A stretch of DNA of 64,000 bases from contig NC_069007.1 in assembly GCF_001194135.2 (NCBI RefSeq), positions 10,561,303-10,625,302 on the forward strand. Direction: 5' to 3'. This DNA is from Octopus bimaculoides. Its lineage: Eukaryota. Shown piece by piece: positions 55,218-64,000 of this stretch. The notes below the pieces were generated by a model. It made no database searches. It saw only the letters and a list, made by a program, of their open reading frames with translations, and was not told the origin of the DNA. A program made the translations under genes and the position numbers. Each line of letters starts with the position of its first letter. Within the stretch, counting starts at the first letter, position 1.

Positions 55218-55526
55218 TACATTATTTACATTCGACAGATATTTGTCCTCATCATGTTTGTTGTTAACACAACGGGCATATGGCGTAGTGGTTAAGAGCG
55301 CGGGTTACTAACCCCAAGATTCCGATTTCGATTCCAAGCAGTGACCTGACCAACAACAACAATAATAATAATAATAATAATAACGTCGAAAAATACCTTA
55401 GGAATGAGAACCCAGGTTCGAAATTTCCCCAAGACACCTGATGAAGGCTGGAGGGTATATCAGCCGAAACGTTGTGTTAACAACAAACAAGATGAGGACA
55501 AATATCCGTCGAATGTAAATAATGTA
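55218..55526 (+). mobile_element. Composite element: 57-bp inverted repeats, tRNA-like head, (AAT)n, hammerhead-like motif
   Basis: 55218-55274 is the reverse complement of 55470-55526 with 2 mismatches; A box at 55281-55291; B-box-like site at 55324-55335. Confidence 0.8.
55433..55478 (+). ncRNA. Minimal hammerhead-like motif inside a composite tRNA-headed element
   Basis: GACAC-CUGAUGA-A-GGCUG(GAGGGUAUAU)CAGCC-GAAA-CGU-U-GUGUU: 5-bp stem I, 5-bp stem II, palindromic stem III, GUU site. Confidence 0.6.
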
Positions 55527-56233
55527 CCAACACACGTAATTGAGCTAGTATTTAGAATGCTTTTCTGTGTATCATACACTGCTGATGGGCCAGTTACTGC
55601 AGTATTTGTCCAGAAATAACGACTCTCATGGATTAGATATAAGAGAGACAGTAATCAATCCCCGTCAGCAGCCAGTGAGAAGACCAGAAGCAATGCAGCC
55701 TTTTCAATGAAGCATACTTGCAGCCATCCACATCCTCGAACAATTCGTCGTCTTTGATATAAGGAAAAAGTGAGTGTAACATTCGTTGGTGTTGTAAATA
55801 GCCATCCAGCTGAATAAAAATTCGGTGCATGCAACTGAGGCAGTATTGAATTGAAACAGCGGTCTGCGAATCATACTTAATGTATATACACTGTTGATGG
55901 GCTAGTTATTGCAATATCTGTCCTATGTAACATCCTTTATGGGCGTGTTTTGTTAAAAACACTCTAAATCTTGGAAAGAGATTGAAAATGGGATGATAAG
56001 TCAAAAACTGTCATTCTTGGATATTTTAGAGGGCTGTTTAACTTTTGGGAAACATTCGTTGAGGAATGACGACGTCACTTGAAGATTTCTTCCAACACAA
56101 GCAAACAGAATCATCTCTCCTATGTATAGATTTTTAAATTTTATAATTTATAATTGTATTTTAATTAATTGAACAAATTTCTGATAACTAGTTTGGTAAA
56201 CATAATCTCATTTTTAACCCCAAAATATCAAAG

Positions 56234-56341
56234 TGTATGGACTTCAGAATATGGCGAATTTATGATGGAAGGCAAACCCAGAAATCCATTCGGTGCTGCC
56301 ATCACCGATTTGAATCATACAGAAGAACATTTTATAGAAAG
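56234..56341 (+). CDS. GCLC: GCLC-like coding exon 3 (VWTSEYGEFMMEGKPRNPFG...EEHFIE-R)
   Basis: Resembles [26 protein letters not shown] donor at 56342. The acceptor is ambiguous: AAG ending at 56233 or in-frame TAG ending at 56191 (adds 14 aa). Confidence 0.88.
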
Positions 56342-56898
56342 GTAACCATAATACTTTGAATTTACTTTACTGTTTTTATATCTTTTACTTGTTTCAGTCA
56401 TTTGACTGCGGCCATGCTGGGGCAGCACCTTGAAAGGTTGTAGTCGAACAAATCGACCCCAGGACTTATTATTTTTTNNNNNNNNNNNNNNNNNNNNNNN
56501 NNNNNNNNNNNNNNNNNNNNNNNNNNNNNNNNNNNNNNNNNNNNNNNNNNNNNNNNNNNNNNNNNNNNNNNNNNNNNNNNNNNNNNNNNNNNNNNNNNNN
56601 NNNNNNNNNNNNNNNNNNNNNNNNNNNNNNNNNNNNNNNNNNNNNNNNNNNNNNNNNNNNNNNNNNNNNNNNNNNNNNNNNNNNNNNNNNNNNNNNNNNN
56701 NNNNNNNNNNNNNNNNNNNNNNNNNNNNNNNNNNNNNNNNNNNNNNNNNNNNNNNNNNNNNNNNNNNNNNNNNNNNNNNNNNNNNNNNNNNNNNNNNNNN
56801 NNNNNNNNNNNNNNNNNNNNNNNNNNNNNNNNNNNNNNNNNNNNNNNNNNNNNNNNNNNNNNNNNNNNNNNNNNNNNNNNNNNNNNNNNNNNNNNNNN

Positions 56899-57435
56899 TG
56901 TCCCCCAAATGATTCTGTAAACTACGAAACAAATGGCAGTCTGAAGGAGCAAGGTCGGGAGAATAAGGTGGATGAGGAATATTTTCCCAACCAAGCTCTT
57001 CGATCTTCTGTGATGTGATCTTTGCAGTGTGGGGTCGCCCATTGTCCCGATGAAACATCACTCCTTTTCGATTCACTAAAGCAGGTCTCTTTTTTTCTTC
57101 AAAGCTTGGTTCAAACGCTCTAATTGCTGACAGTAGATTTGAGCATTGATTGTTGCATTAGGTGGTAACAATTCAAAGTGAATTACTCCTTTGCAATCCC
57201 ACCAGATAGAGAAAAGAACCCTTTTCCCATGAAGTTCCCTTCTCGGTTGTGGTTGAGCTTTTTCCCTTTTACCAAGCCACTCTTTACGATGTTTAACATT
57301 TCGATAGAAGATCCATTTTTCGTCACCAGTCACAAGTCTATCCAAAACGGGTGAAATGATTTCGCGAGGATGGAGAGAAGAGCAGATGTCAACTCGGGAT
57401 TTGCGGTTGTTTTCGGACAATTCATGAGGCACCCA
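56899..57435 (-). mobile_element. Mariner transposase fragment (catalytic region) in GCLC-like intron 3
   Basis: LVTGDEKWIFYRN, SIWWDCKGVIHFELL, FHRDNGRPH and HPPYSPDLAPSDCHLF motifs; one frameshift near 57076; runs into a gap. Confidence 0.95.
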
Positions 57436-57989
57436 TTTTGAGAGATTAAACTATGATGGGAAGAAAGGTATATGACTACCCCGCATTTTATATGGGTTGA
57501 GGTGTGGTTAGATCGTAGACCATAGAGAGGTAAATACGGTGATAATGAGATATCAGAACATATCCTCATGAAGAGAGTATGGATGCAGAAGAATCAAAGA
57601 GAGTCGGTAAGGTTGTAAGATTGTGGGAGAGCAAGTGATACTTAGAAATATGGAATAGTGATGGTCAGATAAATGCGGTCATGGTGAACAGTGGGGTGTA
57701 ATATGAGTAAGGACATCAAAACGATGGATGGGTGCTTATTAGTGGTAGCACAGAGGGGAAAGAGTTGTGACAAACAGTAGTGAGATGGGGAGCGGGGTTT
57801 CTCAATATTATTGAATGTGGTAGGAAGGTCAGTTTTAAAACATCTGTGAATGTGTATGTTGGAATATAACAAGCTGGGTATGGCAAAGTTTAAGTCAAAT
57901 CCTCAGAATTATGGTGATGGCAAATACCGCTGAGGAAAATTCCAACTTTTATATAAATGGCGTGATCTATTAGTATCCTGTTCTAGGAC

Positions 57990-58320
57990 ATATCTGCGTT
58001 CATAAGGGCAGGGTAGGAAAATCTCGCTTTTACACTTTACGTAGGTGTCTGGTTGAGTGACTTTTTTACTATAATTTTTCCTCCGTCGAGAGTTTGAAAC
58101 TTCTGCTATTGAAGTAAGGTGTGCACCTTTCCAGTACTCACCACCTGAAATTGTAGTCTGCGATGCCTTCTTTCAGTGAACGTACGTGCTTTGCTAGGGG
58201 TTTAACAATTTGCATTTCCTAGATATTAAAAGAGGACTTATGGTTGTTAAATCTGGTTCTGAAGGGATCTTCTGTTGCTCCCATATATTTCTCCTCGTCT
58301 TTCTGCCCGTTGAGATCCTT
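57990..58320 (-). mobile_element. Penelope-like element, degenerate GIY-YIG endonuclease region (element probably extends to about 57440)
   Basis: Minus translation KYMGATEDPFRTRFNNHKSSF...LAKHVRSLKE...YNFRW*VLERCTPY matches the PLE endonuclease pattern; contains stops. Confidence 0.75.
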
Positions 58321-58494
58321 TGACATTCAGCTAAACAGCAACTACAATATACTAATTTTTTTGCTGCTTTAAAATTTTATTTCCTTATTTTTTTATTGTT
58401 GTTTTTGTTGTTACTTCCGACGTATAATGTATGAAATCTCTTTTGTCCAGTTTCGTGATGCTAATATCAAGAATCCATTTTGTTTATATTTTAG

Positions 58495-58560
58495 ACGCAA
58501 AGCGATCAAACAATTCTTGGGCCCAAATGAAAGTTTAGTGAGTTTGACGGCTTTTCCCAG
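58495..58560 (+). CDS. GCLC: GCLC-like coding exon 4 (R-RKAIKQFLGPNESLVSLTAFP-R)
   Basis: TTTTAG acceptor, GTATGT donor; resembles RRKEATSILEENQALCTITSFPR; phases 2/2. Confidence 0.9.
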
Positions 58561-59500
58561 GTATGTGAAATCTTGGAACTAATGTTCATTGGTTCCTTTT
58601 TGTTAAATTTTTGGTTTTGAATGTAAATATTTTTGTGCTTTTATGGCAATATTTATGAGCTTTCAGAATCGTTATCGTATCGGACAAAATGCTTAGCAAC
58701 ATTTCTTCCGGCTTTTTCCGTTCATATCTTGCTGAAGTAAATTTTGCTTTTCATACCTCCTCCTTGAGGTCGATAAATTAAAGTACCAGTAAAATAATGG
58801 AGTCAATGTAATCTTCTAAACCTCTCCACTTAAAATTGTCGGACAAATTTAGAAACATTTGTTGTTTTTTATATTTAATTTATGTACGTTTTTATGTGAA
58901 TGTGTTTGTGTTTTTTTTTTCTGTAAATATTTAAGATTTTACGGTAATGGGTCTCAATTAAATAATTATGTCTTTAAGTAAATATTTAGTATTTTTGTTA
59001 CCTATGTTTTTTATGTGAATATTTGTGTATGATTTCTATTTCAATATGTGTGTGTATGTGTGTGTGTGTAAAATATAGTTTATTGGTTTGTGGCAGAGGA
59101 ATGCTCAATATTTGTTTTAAAGAAATATGGTTTTTATTGAAACTGAAACTTGGAGTTTGTCTCGCGACTCGAGCTTCATGCCACTGCGTTCTCGACTAAC
59201 GATCGCAGTCGCGTGAAACTTGACTGACAGTTTCAATAAAAGATACATATAAAATAGTGCCCAGTAGAGCTGTTGCAAAAGTTTGGCTCCTTGGCATAGC
59301 CAGGATTACCAGAATAGTACTAGATAGTTGAAGAGAACAAGTTGCACGGTACTGAAGGCTATAGGCAGCAAACCCGCTACTCATGCAAGATTTCAGGAGT
59401 TCCAGCAAACCCTAAATTAAAAGAAATAATAATGTATTTTATGGAGATGTACTTGCATAGCAAGTGACCTGATCTGAGATCGTGTGCTGGAACGAAAACA

Positions 59501-59748
59501 ATTGCAGCGTGGAAGGTGTTTATAAGCCATTTAAGAAACACACAAAAACAGTTAGATTCACTTCAACATCTAAATTTAATTTGCCAAAATATTTTCGTCG
59601 CTTTGAAACCGCGACGGAATTTTGTCAGTGAACAGGTCGCGGTCTCAAAGCGATGAAAATATTTTGGCAAATTAAATTTAAATGTTGAAGTGAATCTAAC
59701 GGTTTTTGTGTTTATAAAATGGCTTATAAACACCTTCCACGCTGCAAT
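59501..59748. repeat. Long inverted repeat, arms about 115 bp, 20-bp spacer
   Basis: 59501-59615 pairs with 59636-59748 with few mismatches. Confidence 0.95.
59621..59671 (+). ncRNA. Hammerhead-like motif with swapped core GUGAACA (G3/C8)
   Basis: UUUGUCA-GUGAACA-G-GUCGC(9-nt loop)GCGAU-GAAA-AUAU-U-U-UGGCAAA; stems I and II pair, and stem III AAUAUU is palindromic. Folded by eye only. Confidence 0.45.
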
Positions 59749-59881
59749 CATAATGTATTTTATTTGGCACATAGTGGATGGATGATGGAGTGTTTTACAA
59801 AGAAATCGGATAAAAGAAAGGCAAAAAGGACATTAATTATAACTGCATTTCACTAGTTTTATCTTTGTTTTTCTATTTCAG

Positions 59882-59998
59882 ATTGGGCTGTCCTAATTTC
59901 ACTTTCCCCTCCTATGAGGTAAACAAGCATCCAACAGAACTTCACAAATCTGTTTTCGTAGCAGATGCTGCACTGTGTTCCCAGCTTCCTTTATTTGT
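59882..59998 (+). CDS. GCLC: GCLC-like coding exon 5 (LGCPNFTFPSYEV...KSVFVADAALCSQLPLF)
   Basis: TTTCTATTTCAG acceptor, GTGAGT donor at 59999; resembles LGCPGFTLP...SKSLFFPDEAINKHPRF. Confidence 0.92.
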
Positions 59999-62571
59999 GT
60001 GAGTCACTGTTCTTCTTTTTGTAATTCATTAACGTTTTCCTATGTTAAGATGTACTAGATGGTTCAATTTCCATCAATTTCTACCAAGCTGAAAAGCCAC
60101 ACTCGGCGCAGACTTTTAGGCTAGCACCTGCGGGCTAATTAGGCCAGCAGCCCAAGTGTAAGGGGAGCTAAATAGCATAATTACAATACGTCTATAATGA
60201 CTATATGCCCCGGTGCTGTTTGATCAGAGGTCAAGGATAGAAGAGAATTAATTCTGTAATTCTGTAATTCTATTGTTTTAGTCCCAAGTTGAATTCCAAC
60301 TGTTGGCCAATTTGTCCCAGAGTTCTTATCTCGACGTAAAATTAACGAAGCGAATGTCATATATCTCCCCCTTGACCTCTGACCTCATCTGACAAACACC
60401 AACTAGGATGGTGTGAACCAACCAAGCTTTATCTGCTAGAAATAGCAACCCAAATGCTTTAAAATCAGATCCCAATGCTGGACGTTCAAGAACTAAATGA
60501 AGGGCAGGTTTTTCTTCCCGGGATCATTCTTATTCCAAAAATATATAATATATCTAAGTAGAGCAAATGTAGACCGAGGTACAGGAAGCCTGTCGTATAT
60601 TTGTGTGCGCGCGTGTGTGCGTTCGTGCGTTTATGACCCCCGAAACGTATCGGTTCTGCGTAAGAATAAGTACGATAGGAGAAGTATCAGGCTCAGAAAA
60701 ACCTACAGGGTTCCATTCCTTCGACTGAAATTTCTTCAAGGCTGTGCCCCAGCATGGTCGCAGTCTTATGACTGAAACAAATAAATGTAAAAGATATGTA
60801 TATTTTTTTTTTTTTTTTTTTTTTTTTTNNNNNNNNNNNNNNNNNNNNNNNNNNNNNNNNNNNNNNNNNNNNNNNNNNNNNNNNNNNNNNNNNNNNNNNN
60901 NNNNNNNNNNNNNNNNNNNNNNNNNNNNNNNNNNNNNNNNNNNNNNNNNNNNNNNNNNNNNNNNNNNNNNNNNNNNNNNNNNNNNNNNNNNNNNNNNNNN
61001 NNNNNNNNNNNNNNNNNNNNNNNNNNNNNNNNNNNNNNNNNNNNNNNNNNNNNNNNNNNNNNNNNNNNNNNNNNNNNNNNNNNNNNNNNNNNNNNNNNNN
61101 NNNNNNNNNNNNNNNNNNNNNNNNNNNNNNNNNNNNNNNNNNNNNNNNNNNNNNNNNNNNNNNNNNNNNNNNNNNNNNNNNNNNNNNNNNNNNNNNNNNN
61201 NNNNNNNNNNNNNNNNNNNNNNNNNNNNNNNNNNNNNNNNNNNNNNNNNNNNNNNNNNNNNNNNNNNNNNNNNNNNNNNNNNNNNNNNNNNNNNNNNNNN
61301 NNNNNNNNNNNNNNNNNNNNNNNNNNNNNNNNNNNNNNNNNNNNNNNNNNNNNNNNNNNNNNNNNNNNNNNNNNNNNNNNNNNNNNNNNNNNNNNNNNNN
61401 NNNNNNNNNNNNNNNNNNNNNNNNNNNNNNNNNNNNNNNNNNNNNNNNNNNNNNNNNNNNNNNNNNNNNNNNNNNNNNNNNNNNNNNNNNNNNNNNNNNN
61501 NNNNNNNNNNNNNNNNNNNNNNNNNNNNNNNNNNNNNNNATATATATATATATAAAATCTTTTTTCACTTTACTTGGTTCAGTCATTGGACTTTGGCCAT
61601 GCTGGGGCATCACCTTGAAGGTTTCCCCATTCAAATGAATCAGCTCCAGTATTTTATTTAAGCCTGGTTCGCTTTGTCAAACCGCTAAGTTACGAACTTA
61701 GCAAACCAACTAAGCAAACTAACTCTGGTTGTCAAGGGGTGGTGATGGACAACTATACGTACATACACGCACACACATACACGCACACACATACACGCAC
61801 ACACATACACGCACACACATACACGCACACACATACACGACAAATTTCCTTTCAATTTCCTTCTACGAAACCCAGTCGCAAGGTTTTGGTCGGCCCAGAG
61901 CACTAATAGAAGACACTTGCCGAAGGTGCCACACAACAGGAACTGAACCCAGAACCATAAGGTTGGGAAGCAACTTTTTACTATAAAATCAAGTTGTCTG
62001 ACCCTATAAACTCTGGATATACGACATCTGTTGAGTACTGTAATGAACTGTGATTGCCTTAGCTTTGTATTTCAGAATATCCGGACTATTTGTTTTATAT
62101 ATTAGCAAGATCAAAGATTAAGGAAGCTTTACTGTATCACTGAATGAAGGGAAGTTTCAGGGTGGGGTTTGGCATCAAAATTTTGAGGTTTAAATACCAG
62201 CAATATACTGTGTTTATGGGGAGAAAAATATTGAAAAACATCAAAACGTCAGTGACAAATAAACGAGGGCAGTATAAGGTGATCGTGAGATGTGCTAAAA
62301 ATAGCAGCTAAATACACATAAAAAAACATAATTGTTATTATTATTATTATTATTTTTTTTTTTTGCTTTTTGTTTCGGTTTTGCATAGTCGTATGATTTC
62401 CTGTGTGTAGAACACAAATTGGCGAAAATTTTTCTAAAAATTCCAGAAAATAAAATATGTTATGAGGGGTTTTATGTTGTGCGTAAAGTAGAATTCCTCC
62501 AACATGATTATGCATACACCACAATCGTGAAAACTATCAAATCCTCAGGAATAAAATGTTTTGAATTTTCC

Positions 62572-62969
62572 NNNNNNNNNNNNNNNNNNNNNNNNNNNNN
62601 NNNNNNNNNNNNNNNNNNNNNNNNNNNNNNNNNNNNNNNNNNNNNNNNNNNNNNNNNNNNNNNNNNNNNNNNNNNNNNNNNNNNNNNNNNNNNNNNNNNN
62701 NNNNNNNNNNNNNNNNNNNNNNNNNNNNNNNNNNNNNNNNNNNNNNNNNNNNNNNNNNNNNNNNNNNNNNNNNNNNNNNNNNNNNNNNNNNNNNNNNNNN
62801 NNNNNNNNNNNNNNNNNNNNNNNNNNNNNNNNNNNNNNNNNNNNNNNNNNNNNNNNNNNNNNNNNNNNNNNNNNNNNNNNNNNNNNNNNNNNNNNNNNNN
62901 NNNNNNNNNNNNNNNNNNNNNNNNNNNNNNNNNNNNNNNNNNNNNNNNNNNNNNNNNNNNNNNNNNNNN
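62572..62969. other. Assembly gap (one of 14; other large ones at 7760-8457, 22458-23010, 29455-29756, 31447-31879, 54090-54859, 56478-56898, 60829-61539)
   Basis: N runs, mostly next to (TA)n or poly-T tracts. Confidence 1.
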
Positions 62970-63477
62970 AAGATTTCCTGAAGAAGGAGTCCTAACCCCG
63001 AGATACTGAAATACAACAAAAGAGTACAATCCATGGAATTATGTCTTATAACTTGCATTGTTATAATCGACTAGTCCCCTTCCCAAAAAATTTTCAAGGC
63101 CTTGTGCCTAGAGGAGAAATAATTATTTCAGTATGTGAAGGCGGCGAGCTGGCAGAATCGCTAGCACGCCGGATGAAATGCTTAACGGTATTTCGTCTAC
63201 AGCTACGTTCTGAGTTCAAATTCCGCCGAGGTCGACTTTGCCTTTCATCCTCCCGGGGTCGATAGAATAAGTACCACTTGAACACTGGGGTCGATGTAAT
63301 CGACTCATCCCCACCTCCCCCAAGCTACCCTTGTGTCAAAAAATAGAAATATTTATTTCTGTATGTTAATTTATAAAAAGCATGATACTTCTTCAAAACA
63401 AATCTTGTCTTATTCTGTATTTCATTTTGATTTCTTTAAATTGATTTCATCTCAAATATTGAAAATTCTTGTTTCAG

Positions 63478-63695
63478 TTTATAAAGATAAAAATACCATG
63501 ATGCCATACGGGGAAGACTTGTCTGAATATGGAGACAATGAAGAGATGAAGAAACATTTGAAACCAGGCTATATCTACATGGACTCACCAATATTTGGGG
63601 CTGGTTGTTGTTCTCTCCAAGTTACATTCCAAGCTGCTGATATGAAAGAAGCTGCTTATCTCTATGACAATCTGGTACCGCTTACTCCACTTATG
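63478..63695 (+). CDS. GCLC: GCLC-like coding exon (YKDKNT...YIYMDSPIFGAGCCSLQVTFQAADMKEAAYLYDNLVPLTPLM); gene continues beyond the window
   Basis: TTGTTTCAG acceptor, GTAAGG donor at 63696; resembles FKDKNT...[42 protein letters not shown]. Confidence 0.95.
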
Positions 63696-64000
63696 GTAAG
63701 GATAACCTTTTGGGGTAAGGGACGGTAAAGTTACAAGCAGAACCTCTCCACTTAGACAATGTGTGTTCGTAATGCATGATGCTCAGCAGCTGTGTAAGGG
63801 GATACTGAGACGCTGGGATGTTTCGACCTTACTACATGTCTCCTCAGTTGAAGCTACTCTGCCTGACTGAATCTATCACAACATATAAAGACCGAATAGC
63901 TACGGCATTGAGATTATTCTTAGTTGGTCTTCTATGAAAGTTTTTACCTTTACTAGCGAGTGTCTACACTTAATTACAAACTCAGACCCTTATATATATA

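Noticed and set aside
55275-55345. Functional tRNA gene
   Set aside because: No acceptor stem or proper T arm; treated as a SINE-type head. The same applies to the other A/B-box heads.
60070-60125. TKLKSHTRRRLLG as the missing GCLC exon
   Set aside because: The nearest acceptor gives a different frame with a stop; similarity is superficial.
62225-62300. Reading NIKTSVTNKRGQYKVIVRCA as the missing GCLC exon
   Set aside because: No suitable AG/GT boundaries or phases, weak similarity, and the 3' part overlaps a dispersed repeat.

Overview
AT-rich animal genomic DNA with 14 assembly gaps and dense SINE, LINE and microsatellite content. The repeat families look like those of an octopus/coleoid cephalopod (inference from recalled repeat sequences, no search run). 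The ORF track misses most real coding sequence because the genes are split. I reconstructed two partial genes on the + strand by hand. (1) The last five coding exons of an ERG-subfamily K+ channel (KCNH2/6/7-like, 4085-27427), recognised from the C-terminal coiled coil DVERRLEDMTRQLCRLEKKMSSDISMILSIL, with a polyQ insertion. (2) The 5' part of a divergent glutamate-cysteine ligase catalytic subunit (GCLC-like, 53495 to beyond 63695). It keeps the metal-binding glutamates but has altered the conserved HPRF and [14 protein letters not shown] motifs. Mobile DNA includes two mariner fragments, RTE and CR1-like LINE ends, a zinc-knuckle LINE ORF1, Penelope-like fragments, a Helentron-type non-autonomous element, a MITE and many tRNA-SINEs. 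The most unusual signal is a set of sequence-unrelated minimal hammerhead-ribozyme-like motifs, most of them inside inverted repeats. One has a tRNA-derived head and one has a C3G/G8C-swapped core. All folds were done by eye and TE boundaries are approximate.
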